The notes under the pieces were generated by a model. It saw nothing but the letters and a program-made list of their open reading frames with translations. It did no database searches and had not been told where the DNA came from. A program made the translations under genes and the position numbers. Source: Candidatus Entotheonellaceae bacterium (lineage in GTDB: Bacteria > Tectomicrobia > Entotheonellia > Entotheonellales > Entotheonellaceae). Taken from it: DNA of 64,000 nucleotides. Positions 1 through 8,482 of the stretch are shown here, piece by piece (position 1 is the stretch's first letter; each line of letters opens with the position of its first letter). The stretch spans positions 1,152,001 through 1,216,000 of the forward strand of contig OZ250173.1 of NCBI GenBank assembly GCA_965238075.1. The letters are read 5' to 3'.

Positions 1-91
1 CCGCGATGAGGTGGCGTATTGGCGTGATTCCCGCAACCACGTCCTGGCGCGCGCGTTGCGTGAGGGCAAGATCCTCTATAAGCGACCCTAA
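1..91 (+). CDS. 3' end of MNT-type nucleotidyltransferase (antitoxin), partial at window edge
   Basis: Frame from nt 2 reads RDEVAYWRDSRNHVLARALREGKILYKRP-TAA, a typical MNT C-terminus, and overlaps the start of a HEPN gene. Confidence 0.7.
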   Translation, partial: RDEVAYWRDSRNHVLARALREGKILYKRP

Positions 92-275
92 GCCGGGCCG
101 CCTACTGTTGGCAGCAGCGGAACGGGACCTTACCGCTCTTCGCGGCATGGAGGATGCTATCGTTTTCGCGGATGAGATTTTCGGCCTTCATGTGCAACAG
201 GCGGTCGAAAAACTGTTCAAGGCGTGGCTTGCGTTGCTCGGCGAGACCTACCCGACGACTCACAATCTGGCGAGA
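78..275 (+). pseudogene. HEPN-domain toxin, truncated; start codon position is ATA
   Basis: (I)SDPKPGRLLLAAAERDL...FGLHVQQAVEKLFKAWLALLGETYPTTHNLAR; similarity stops after THNL at a junction with an unrelated gene. Confidence 0.75.
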
Positions 276-1248
276 CGGCGAGAACACCTTCACGTGGACG
301 CACTCCGGTATCACCGAGTACCTGGCGAACCAGTGGTCCAAGGTCGCGGCAGGCAGCCAGTGAGAAAACACCAAGATCTGGCCACAATGACTGGCCGGAA
401 CCGGCCTCGGTCTGAGGCTGCACGACATGCTTTACGGAAGCGACCTGCACCGGGTGTTCCACAATTGGTGGGAGCACGCCAAGGAGTTGTACGGGCTGGG
501 AGCAATCCAGGGCAAGGCCACCGACCGCTCGACGTTGTACTACGACCCGCTGGTGGCCTATCATCACATGACCAAGGCGGGTGGGCATCTGCTGTTGTCG
601 CACGAGCTGATCAGGCAGAAGCCCGCCGAGGCGCGGCGGCTGTTCGACGGGGCCGCCGAGTTCCTGGGCTGGCGCAGTCTTGAGCCGCTCCGGGAAGCAT
701 CGGTGGATTACACCACCCTGAAGGGCGAGCCCTCCGGCACCATTCGCGGCCTGACGTTGTAGCGGGAGTTCGGCGAGGACGCCATCTACCCCAAGCTGAA
801 AGCCTATGCCGAGGCCAACTACGAGCCCGCTTGGGACCGCGAAAGCGGCGAATTTACCGGGGGCTTCGGTTTGAACGAGTGGTATCCTCGCGGGCAGTAT
901 AACGGCAGCATCGCGGTGCACGAGGCCGGCGGCCCGGGGGCGTTTTGGCGTTTGTACCATGAACCGAATCTGAGGAAGTTCATCGAGCCGACGGTTTATG
1001 GGGTGGATTTTCCAGACGTCTGCCTGTCGCAGGCGTGGTACGATGCCGGTCGGCGTACGCTCGTCGTATCCACGGACGCTGGGCTGTCGCGCGCGGCGGG
1101 CAGCGCGACGTCGTTCCGGGTTCAGAACATTGGGCGTAACGTGCGGGTTCTGATCGACGACCGGCCCTCAGAGCAATGGGCGATCGTCGATGGGGAATTG
1201 GAAATCACCACGACGATCGGGGAGCACACGATTCTCATTTCGCACTAA
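271..1248 (+). pseudogene. Linalool dehydratase/isomerase-like protein, 5'-truncated; in-frame TGA at 361 and 388 (candidate Sec), TAG at 760
   Basis: ORFs 154..363, 427..762 and 871..1248 share one frame: RDGENTFTWTHSGITEYLANQW...GSQ*ENTKIWPQ*LAGTGLGLRLHD...GLNEWYPRGQYN...EPTVYGVDFPDVCLSQAWYD. Confidence 0.65.
402..420 (+). promoter_or_regulatory. Candidate bacterial SECIS hairpin after TGA 388-390
   Basis: Stem cggcctc/gaggctg (7 bp, one G-U); loop GGTCT begins 18 nt after the UGA. Confidence 0.55.
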
Positions 1249-1301
1249 ATCCCCGCGCGGCCAAGGACGGCGGGACTCATCACTTAAAGGAGGCAACATA
1301 G

Positions 1302-2330
1302 ATGGCACGGCAAACACGTCGTCACTTTCTGCAGTTGATGGCATGGATCGGGCTTGGAAGTCAGGCTTGGCGGTCGGGCGTGGCACACGCCATGCACCAC
1401 GGGGCGGCGACAACTCCGACCGCGGCGACGCCGGTAGCACCGGCGATGACTTATCGAACGCTCGGCGCCACCGGTTTCAAGGCCAGCCGGCTGGTATTCG
1501 GCTGCGGTTCGGCGCTCTCGCGCGGACAGGCGGTCGGTCTCTTGGAGCCGGCGTTCGAGGCCGGCATCAACGTTTTCGACGTAGGTTTCCGCGGGTTCTA
1601 CAAGGACGCCGAGAAGAATATGGCGCCCTTCTTGAAGAGGCGTCGGCAGGATATTTTTCTGATCTCCAAGGCCAAGGTCGGTGGGAACCTGAAGCCGTCC
1701 GATACCTTGACCGTGGCTCAGGCGCGAGAGGCTGCCCAGGCTTGGTCCGCCTACCTCGACAATAGCCTGTCGGAATTGCAGGTCGATCACGTGGACGCCT
1801 ACTATCTCATGGGCGTGAACAATGCCTCCCTGGTTGGCAGCGAGGAAGTGTATAGCGCATTCGAGACGGCGCGGCAGGCGGGCAAGGTGTCGTATTTCGG
1901 TATCAGCACGCACGAGAACGCTGCCGCGCTTCTGGAGGTGGCAATCGAAACCGGCTGGTACACCTTGGCGCAAATCGCCATTACGCCGGCGGGTTGGTAC
2001 GACAATCCGAGCCGGCGCATCGTGGCAGGCACGCCGCTGATGCGCGACTTGCAGCCGATGCTGGCCCGGGCGCGGGCCGCCGGCATTGGATTGATCGGCA
2101 TGAAGGCGGGTCGTCACTTGGCCGGTAGGAGACTCACGCGCGCCAAGCCGAGAGCCTATGACCATTTGTACAACGATAAGCTCATGGCAGCGAACCTGAC
2201 GATCTTCCAGCGCAGTTACGCCTACGTGCTGGCGCACGGGCTTGATGTGGTTAACGCCGATATGCAAAGCGCTGGGCATTTTCAGGAAAATTTCTTTGCG
2301 GCGGCCACGTCGGATACGTATTTCACCTAA
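1302..2330 (+). CDS. Aldo/keto reductase with Tat-like signal peptide
   Basis: RRHFL twin-arginine motif; MTYRTLGATGFKASRLVFG, GINVFD, FGISTH; RBS aaggagg. Confidence 0.85.
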   Translation: MARQTRRHFLQLMAWIGLGSQAWRSGVAHAMHHGAATTPTAATPVAPAMTYRTLGATGFKASRLVFGCGSALSRGQAVGLLEPAFEAGINVFDVGFRGFYKDAEKNMAPFLKRRRQDIFLISKAKVGGNLKPSDTLTVAQAREAAQAWSAYLDNSLSELQVDHVDAYYLMGVNNASLVGSEEVYSAFETARQAGKVSYFGISTHENAAALLEVAIETGWYTLAQIAITPAGWYDNPSRRIVAGTPLMRDLQPMLARARAAGIGLIGMKAGRHLAGRRLTRAKPRAYDHLYNDKLMAANLTIFQRSYAYVLAHGLDVVNADMQSAGHFQENFFAAATSDTYFT

Positions 2331-2358
2331 AACGACGTAACGCCCAAGGCGTGAAGGC

Positions 2359-2413
2359 AAAAGAGCCGTATGCAGCGGGAACCACTCCCAAGGCTGCCTA
2401 CGGCTCTTTTTTT
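2359..2413. terminator. Bidirectional intrinsic terminator-like inverted repeat
   Basis: aaaagagccgtatgcagc...gctgcctacggctctttt (18 bp, 1 mismatch) plus T-run, between convergent genes. Confidence 0.7.
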
Positions 2414-2425
2414 GGCGGGCTTCGG

Positions 2426-4123
2426 TTACTCCCGACAGGTAACTGCCACGGTGAAGCCGTGCGCCAGCGCCGCCAGACCCTCCGGTGTGAGCGCCTCGTC
2501 GGACGGCTGGCGGCTGTATTCGATGCCATGGATTTCGAGGAAGCTGCGTACGATGGCGCCTTTGAGGGCAAAGTTGACGTTCTGAGGAACGTCGCCGGTC
2601 TCCTGTGCCGTGCGGACGGCGTTCAGCTTCGCCGTCACCACGCCGATAACGTTCCCGGCGTTATCCAATACCGGACCGCCGCTGTTGCCGTGTTGCACCG
2701 GTGCGCTGATTTGCAGCCACTTCGCCTCGTTGCCGAGACCAGTCAGAGAGCTGACGTTTCCCCGCGTGACGTTGAGGGTTGGCGCCAGCAATCCCTTCAG
2801 CGGATATCCCGCCACCGCGACCTCCGCGCCCAAGCTGGCGCGGGGCAACTCGCTAAATGACGCCGGCTTGTCGAACACAGCCGAGCACGTCGGGCTCCAC
2901 CACGCACAGGACTCTTCGGAATCCACTACAAGCAGGGCCAAATCATTCTCGGTGTCCTGCGCCTGAACCACCGCGTGACGGGAGATGTCCCCATACGTAA
3001 TCGTCGCACCGGCGGCGCACCTTTCGACGGCGTGGTGGCTGGTCAAAATCTCACCGGTACGGCTGACCACAAAACCACTGCCGGAGCCGGTTGTTTCGGG
3101 CTTGGCCGGCACCTCGGCAGCCTGTCTCGCCTGTCCCCCCGTGACCGCCGCCTGAAGCAGCCGCAGAAGCTCTTCCGTTATCTGTCCGGTCGGCGCAAGG
3201 CCGGCGTAGCGCTGAAAATGCTGCACTGCAATCCGGGTACGCTTGCCAATCAGGCCGTCCGCCGGACCCGGGTCATAGCCCAATGCCGCAAGATATATTT
3301 GTGATTCGCGCACGGTGTCCTGCGACGGGCCGACGATGGGCCTAGGGACACTGGGCGCTTGAATCTGTCCGTCATTCGGCTGTACCGGGTTGGTAGACGG
3401 GACTGGCTGGAGACGGTCAATCTCCGTAGCACGGTCGATACGGTCTGCGACCACGCCGCTTAGAAGTTGAGCCTCGATAATCTGGGTGGAGGTCATCTCT
3501 TCGCGGAGCATTGTCTTCCGTCTTTTGGCCAGTTGTTGGACCCGCTCATCGCCTCTCGCAGCGGCGAGATTGAACCACGCATAGGCCTGGACGTTGTCCC
3601 GGGGAATTCCGGAACCGTCCGCGTACATCAGTCCCAGGCCGAACTGCGCCCGCCCGTGTCCTTGCTCGGCTGCCCACCGGTACCAGTTCGCGGCTTGGCG
3701 GTCGTCCTCGGGAACCCCCTCGCCGAATTCGTACATCACCCCCAGGTTAAACTGCGCCCGGGCGTCCCCCTGCTTGGCCGATTTCCGAAACCAGTAGACG
3801 GCTTGCGGGTCGTCCTCGGGCACCCCTTCGCCGCTGGCGTACATGATACCCAGGTGATACTGTGACTGGGAATTCCCTTGCCGGGCCGATTTCTGGAACC
3901 AGTACGCGGCTTGGCGGTCGTTCTCGGGCACCCCTTCGCCGTTGGCGTGCATGATGCCCAGGTAATATTGCGCTCGGGCATCCCCTTCCTCGGCCAGTGG
4001 ACGCCACTCACGCAGGGCAGCCGTAAAGTCGCCCCTCAAGTAGTACGCAGAACCAACCCAGAAATCCACCGCACTCGCTGATTGAACGGCCAGCAGCAAC
4101 ACAATCGCGATGATTCGGTACAT
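2426..4123 (-). CDS. Secreted Sel1-repeat / peptidoglycan-binding / trypsin-like serine protease
   Basis: Signal peptide MYRIIAIVLLLAVQSASA; Sel1 repeats (AQYYLGIMHANGEGVP); LGYDPGPADGLIG; LTSHH and GNSGGP protease motifs. Confidence 0.9.
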   Translation of the reverse strand: MYRIIAIVLLLAVQSASAVDFWVGSAYYLRGDFTAALREWRPLAEEGDARAQYYLGIMHANGEGVPENDRQAAYWFQKSARQGNSQSQYHLGIMYASGEGVPEDDPQAVYWFRKSAKQGDARAQFNLGVMYEFGEGVPEDDRQAANWYRWAAEQGHGRAQFGLGLMYADGSGIPRDNVQAYAWFNLAAARGDERVQQLAKRRKTMLREEMTSTQIIEAQLLSGVVADRIDRATEIDRLQPVPSTNPVQPNDGQIQAPSVPRPIVGPSQDTVRESQIYLAALGYDPGPADGLIGKRTRIAVQHFQRYAGLAPTGQITEELLRLLQAAVTGGQARQAAEVPAKPETTGSGSGFVVSRTGEILTSHHAVERCAAGATITYGDISRHAVVQAQDTENDLALLVVDSEESCAWWSPTCSAVFDKPASFSELPRASLGAEVAVAGYPLKGLLAPTLNVTRGNVSSLTGLGNEAKWLQISAPVQHGNSGGPVLDNAGNVIGVVTAKLNAVRTAQETGDVPQNVNFALKGAIVRSFLEIHGIEYSRQPSDEALTPEGLAALAHGFTVAVTCRE

Positions 4124-4210
4124 GACTCCTCTCCTATGATGTCCAACAAGGACTTGGCCGCACCGCGGCCCGTCGGATGAATCGGAGTGATGTGGGTTAT
4201 GGTCTATCAT

Positions 4211-6475
4211 TCAGATCATCAACGCAATGGGTTCCAGGTGATCGGAACGTTGCTCAACCGTGCCGATGACCGCCGCGTACTCGTATCCTAGAGCCTGCAA
4301 CTCGGCAAGACACGCGGTGGCTTGGTCTGAAGGGACGCTGGCCAACAGACCGCCGGCGGTCTGGGGATCGAAAAGCAACGGGTAACGGGGCGCCTGCGCG
4401 ACGGAATCGAGGTCGCGAATGGCGCGGCGCAGACGCACGTTCTGCGGCTGCAGGGTGCTGAAAATCCCCGCTGCGACGGTTTCCTCAGCGCCGTCGAGGA
4501 CGGGCAACTGACTCAGGTCAAGGCACGCACCGACTTGCGACGCGCGGGTCATTTCAACCAAGTGACCGAGGAGGCCAAAGCCGGTCACGTCAGTACAGGC
4601 CGTAACACCGTGCCGCCGCAGGCACGCCGCCGCCGTACGGTTCGATAGCAGCATTGAAGCCAGGGCGGCGCTGACCCAGCGGCCCTTGGCCTTGAGCCGC
4701 ATTTCGGCGGCGAAGAGCGTGCCGGTTCCCAAAGGCTTGGTGAGGATGAGGCGGTCGCCGGGCTGCATGCCGCCCTTGCGTAGCAGGCTGGCTCGTTCGG
4801 CAAGTCCGTTGATGGCGAAGCCCAATGACAGTTCGGCGCCTTCACTGGTGTGCCCGCCGACCAGCGCCACCCCGGCGTCGTGCAGTACTTCCTCCGCGCC
4901 TTGCAGCATCTGCGACAGGGTGTCCTCAGTTTTTTGCTCCAGGCCATAGGGGACGGTGGCGATGGCGAGGGCCGTCTGGCCTTCGGCGCCCATGGCGAAG
5001 ATGTCCCCCAGGCTGTGCTGGGCAGCGATCTTGCCGAAGATATAGGGGTCGTCGACGAGAGCGCGGAAGAAATCAACAGTGTGCACCATCACTTTCTGGG
5101 ACGGCACCTCGACCACTGCGGCGTCATCGGGGTGGTCCAGGCCGACGAGGACATCGGTGCGCTGCACCGGCTGCAATTTCGCCAGGGCACGGTCGAGAGT
5201 GGTCGCGCCAACCTTGGCTCCGCAGCCACCGCAGCGCATCGCCATGGCGGAGATTTCCCGCATCGCGTCGGCGTCCGCCAGCCCCGGCGCCAGATCGACG
5301 GCAGGTGTTTCTCGCATCTCCGGCAGCACGTTGAACCTGTCCATGAAGCGGCGGTCGATCCAGTCCTTCCAGCGCCAGATCAAGCGGCCCTTCAAGAACC
5401 ACTTGCCGCGCGATGCTACGGCGTATTTGTCCCCCGTGCTGATGAGGCTGAGCCACTGCTTCTGAGGCGTAAAGGGCTGGGGCGGTTGTCCCAGCAGGAC
5501 GAGGCGCAGATTGCGGGCGAGCGGCGGGCCCTGGCGCACCGCAAACACCCCGGCCTTCTCGCGTGGGTGGGTCTCAACTGCGGCCACGTCGCCGGCGGCA
5601 AAGATGTCGGCGTGCGACACCGATTGCAAAGCGTCATTGAGGCGGATGAAGCCGTGCGCATCCACCGCAAGCCCGGCATCTGCCGGCCAGCAGGGCGCCG
5701 CGGCGTTGGTGACCCAGAGTATTTCTTCGAGCTCATGCGTGCTGCCGTCCTCGCAACCGAGGCCATTTTCCCACAGTCGGGTCACGCGGCACGGCGCATG
5801 GACGTGCACGCCGCGGGCCACCAGAAGCTGCTGAAATGTTGCTTGTACTCGTTTGTTGTGGGTTGGCAGGACGGTTTCGGTGCGGCTGAAGAGGTGAAAG
5901 GTCAGTTGTGCTTGGTACCCGGCTTCCTGGCACAATTGCCCCAGACGGCACTGCATCGCCAGCGTCAGCTCGACGCCGCCGGCACCGGCGCCGACAACGC
6001 CGATGCGCGCCACGCCGCGGGTCGCCAATACGCGGGGCACCAAACGCTCCCAGCGGGACAGGAAATTATTAATGGGCTTCACTGGTAGCACGAACTTGTC
6101 CGCGCCCGGCACCTGCGAGAAGTCGGGCGTGGAGCCGGTATTGATGGACAACACGTCGTAGGACACGTCCGGCCGATTGCCGCATCGAATACGCCGGTTG
6201 ACCGGGTCAAGGCCAATCACCTCGTCATGGTACAACCGAGCGCCGGCAAAGCGCGCCAGCGGTCCCAGGTCGATGTGAATGTCGTCGTAATCGTAGTGGC
6301 CGGCGACAAAACCCGGCAGCATGCCGGAATAAGGCGTGTGGACATCGCGGCAGATGAGTGTGAGGCGAACGCCGGTCAGCGGCCGCATGCCGAACTGTTT
6401 GAGAACCGTGACGTGGCTGTGACCGCCCCCGAGCAGGACCAAGTCTTTGACGACGGGCGTTGAACCATTCTGCAT
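4211..6475 (-). CDS. selD: Selenide,water dikinase fused to an N-terminal FAD/NAD oxidoreductase domain
   Basis: LVLLGGGHSH and VVGAGAGG Rossmann motifs; MRCGGCGAKV, DDAAV, TVDFF, GGHT, TDVTGFGLLGH, DPQTAGGLL. Confidence 0.95.
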   Translation of the reverse strand: MQNGSTPVVKDLVLLGGGHSHVTVLKQFGMRPLTGVRLTLICRDVHTPYSGMLPGFVAGHYDYDDIHIDLGPLARFAGARLYHDEVIGLDPVNRRIRCGNRPDVSYDVLSINTGSTPDFSQVPGADKFVLPVKPINNFLSRWERLVPRVLATRGVARIGVVGAGAGGVELTLAMQCRLGQLCQEAGYQAQLTFHLFSRTETVLPTHNKRVQATFQQLLVARGVHVHAPCRVTRLWENGLGCEDGSTHELEEILWVTNAAAPCWPADAGLAVDAHGFIRLNDALQSVSHADIFAAGDVAAVETHPREKAGVFAVRQGPPLARNLRLVLLGQPPQPFTPQKQWLSLISTGDKYAVASRGKWFLKGRLIWRWKDWIDRRFMDRFNVLPEMRETPAVDLAPGLADADAMREISAMAMRCGGCGAKVGATTLDRALAKLQPVQRTDVLVGLDHPDDAAVVEVPSQKVMVHTVDFFRALVDDPYIFGKIAAQHSLGDIFAMGAEGQTALAIATVPYGLEQKTEDTLSQMLQGAEEVLHDAGVALVGGHTSEGAELSLGFAINGLAERASLLRKGGMQPGDRLILTKPLGTGTLFAAEMRLKAKGRWVSAALASMLLSNRTAAACLRRHGVTACTDVTGFGLLGHLVEMTRASQVGACLDLSQLPVLDGAEETVAAGIFSTLQPQNVRLRRAIRDLDSVAQAPRYPLLFDPQTAGGLLASVPSDQATACLAELQALGYEYAAVIGTVEQRSDHLEPIALMI

Positions 6476-6708
6476 GCATGCATCCTGCTGGGAACCATCG
6501 CATCGGGGCTTCCGGCCACGCGGCGGCGGTTTGCTTGTTCATCGGGTGTCAGTGCCCGGCTGTTCGGGCGTCCGGCAAGTATAGGTCGGCGTAGGGTTGG
6601 CAACAAGGGGAGGGGGCGGCGTGGAGTCGGTGGGGGCTTTCGTTTATGCTGTGCGCGGGCATCGCATGACGCGCACCCCCCATTATTCAACTCGATTGGG
6701 AGAACGCC

Positions 6709-7026
6709 GTGGCACTGTATGAATTGCGTACGTACACCTTTCACGTTGGCAAGTTGGGCGAAGCCGTGTCGCTGTATGACTCGGAGGGATGGCCGGCGCT
6801 TCAGAAGTATGAAGACAAGCTTGTCGGGTATTTCACCGGCGACATCGGCGCGATGAATCAGCTGGTTCACCTGTGGAAGTTCGAGGACGACGCCGACCGG
6901 CGCCAGCACTGGGCCGCGGTGTTCGCGGATGCGGATTTCATGGCCTTCGCCGGCAAGCTGCGCCCCATGATCCTGACGCAGGGAAACAAGCTCATGTTTG
7001 CCTCGCCCTGGGGGCCGCATCCCTAA
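6709..7026 (+). CDS. NIPSNAP family protein
   Basis: YELRTY...GYFTGDIGAMNQLVHLW. Confidence 0.9.
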   Translation: MALYELRTYTFHVGKLGEAVSLYDSEGWPALQKYEDKLVGYFTGDIGAMNQLVHLWKFEDDADRRQHWAAVFADADFMAFAGKLRPMILTQGNKLMFASPWGPHP

Positions 7027-7091
7027 GTTCACGGGTGTCGAGGCAGAAGCCCGGTGGGACGCAAAAGAACCTTCATGAACGGGTGAAGATC

Positions 7092-7448
7092 ATGTGTGAC
7101 CAACTCGCGGCCTGCGGAAATCGTCCCAACTGCGTCTGCAGTCGCGCAGATGCGGAGGCTCGTCATCGCGTCGAGCCGTTCGCCGTGTCAGGGGATGCCG
7201 CGGCCACCTTTGCCCGTTTGAAGAGTCTGTTGGCCGGTATGCCGCGCACCGCCGTTGTCACCGCAACCGACGAGTTCCTTCATGCGGTCTGCCGGAGCCG
7301 GCTCGGGTTCGCCGATGACGTCGAGTGCCGTCTCTGCCGCGCCGATGCCGTCATCCACGTGCGTTCTGCGTCACGAATCGGTTACTACGATTTCGGCGTC
7401 AATCGGGCGCGCGTCGAGGCGCTCCGGCGGCGGCTTCAAAGCGGATAG
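7092..7448 (+). CDS. DUF1499 family protein
   Basis: LAACGNRPNCVCS...GFADDVE...IHVRSASRIGYYDFGVNRARVE. Confidence 0.85.
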   Translation: MCDQLAACGNRPNCVCSRADAEARHRVEPFAVSGDAAATFARLKSLLAGMPRTAVVTATDEFLHAVCRSRLGFADDVECRLCRADAVIHVRSASRIGYYDFGVNRARVEALRRRLQSG

Positions 7449-8482
7449 CCGAGGCGCTCAAGCCCCGGGCTGCACACCTCGGTAAGCGCGTCGCGCTCGG
7501 CGGCATCAAGCCGTTCAAACTTCGAGGGTGTCGGGCGTGGAATGGCGCATACCTCACGCATCCAGGCTTCGTCTTCCAGTGCCGGGTCAATGAAGCGAAT
7601 GAGCCGCCGGATTTGAACCTCCGGCTCCGCTTGTACGTCCTCGAACTTCAGGTTCAGCAGGCGCTCGGAAGGGAGACGGTCGAGCATGCGCTCCCCCCGC
7701 TCGATCAGGGCACTCCATAGCGTCCCGAAATACGGAAGCGTCAGCTTGTCGTAGGGCAACCGTTCGGGCTTGAGCAGCACCATCGCCAATGGCTCCAACC
7801 GAAAGCTGAGCTGCTCCCAATGTTTCCCCCGCGCCAGCGACTTCATGGCATCGAATCCATACGACCGCATCGCCAGCATGTTCGCCGCAACCAAGCGAAA
7901 GAGGTAATGACGGCTCATGGAAGTGGCCGTTTCCCGTCCGTCGCGGTACACGTGGATCACCCGCGCCTCGGGAAACTCAAGCAACAATCTGGAAGCGAAC
8001 AGGAGAGACCCTCCGGAGCGTTCGGCCCAGGTGCAGCAACCGAACTGCTCGCACAGCCACGCGAAGAGATGACGGAAATGGTCGGCAGGCGGCTGCTTTG
8101 GCTGTGACCGCACGACTGGCCCGAGTTCGTCGTACAACTCCTCGTATCGTTCGGTGAGGTGCGGGAGCGTGGCGCACAGAATGGGCGGCACGTCGTCCTG
8201 CGTGTAGCGGGCGTTCGGGTTGTCAAGCGGGTAAAGCAATTCCTCGTATCGTCCCCGTAGCATGAGACGGGTTCGAGGCTGTTGCCGGCTGTAACGATCC
8301 CACATCCAAGCCCCGGCGGGCCGACGGCGGCTGAGCGAGCGGATTCCGATATAGCTGATGAACTCGGAGAGGCTGAGCACCTGCGGGTGGCGGTTCAGGA
8401 TGTTCGACACCATCGTCGACCCGCACCGTCCGGTGTTCAGGATGAAGACAGGGGGAATGGTCGAGGCAGGGGGACTTACCAC
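7436..8482 (-). CDS. Sulfotransferase family protein
   Basis: VFILNTGRCGST 5'-PSB loop; IHVYRDGRETATS; LKFED. Confidence 0.85.
   Translation of the reverse strand: MVSPPASTIPPVFILNTGRCGSTMVSNILNRHPQVLSLSEFISYIGIRSLSRRRPAGAWMWDRYSRQQPRTRLMLRGRYEELLYPLDNPNARYTQDDVPPILCATLPHLTERYEELYDELGPVVRSQPKQPPADHFRHLFAWLCEQFGCCTWAERSGGSLLFASRLLLEFPEARVIHVYRDGRETATSMSRHYLFRLVAANMLAMRSYGFDAMKSLARGKHWEQLSFRLEPLAMVLLKPERLPYDKLTLPYFGTLWSALIERGERMLDRLPSERLLNLKFEDVQAEPEVQIRRLIRFIDPALEDEAWMREVCAIPRPTPSKFERLDAAERDALTEVCSPGLERLGYPL

Noticed and set aside
6-683. 225-aa ORF as a real gene
   Set aside because: Only 78-275 is HEPN-like; the rest is an off-frame read of the MNT and LinD-like genes
760-762. TAG as pyrrolysine or recoded stop
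   Set aside because: No pyl genes seen, other genes here end normally at TAG, and the gene is already truncated; a nonsense mutation is simpler
3650-3990. 108-nt periodic repeats as a CRISPR array
   Set aside because: They are in-frame Sel1 coding repeats
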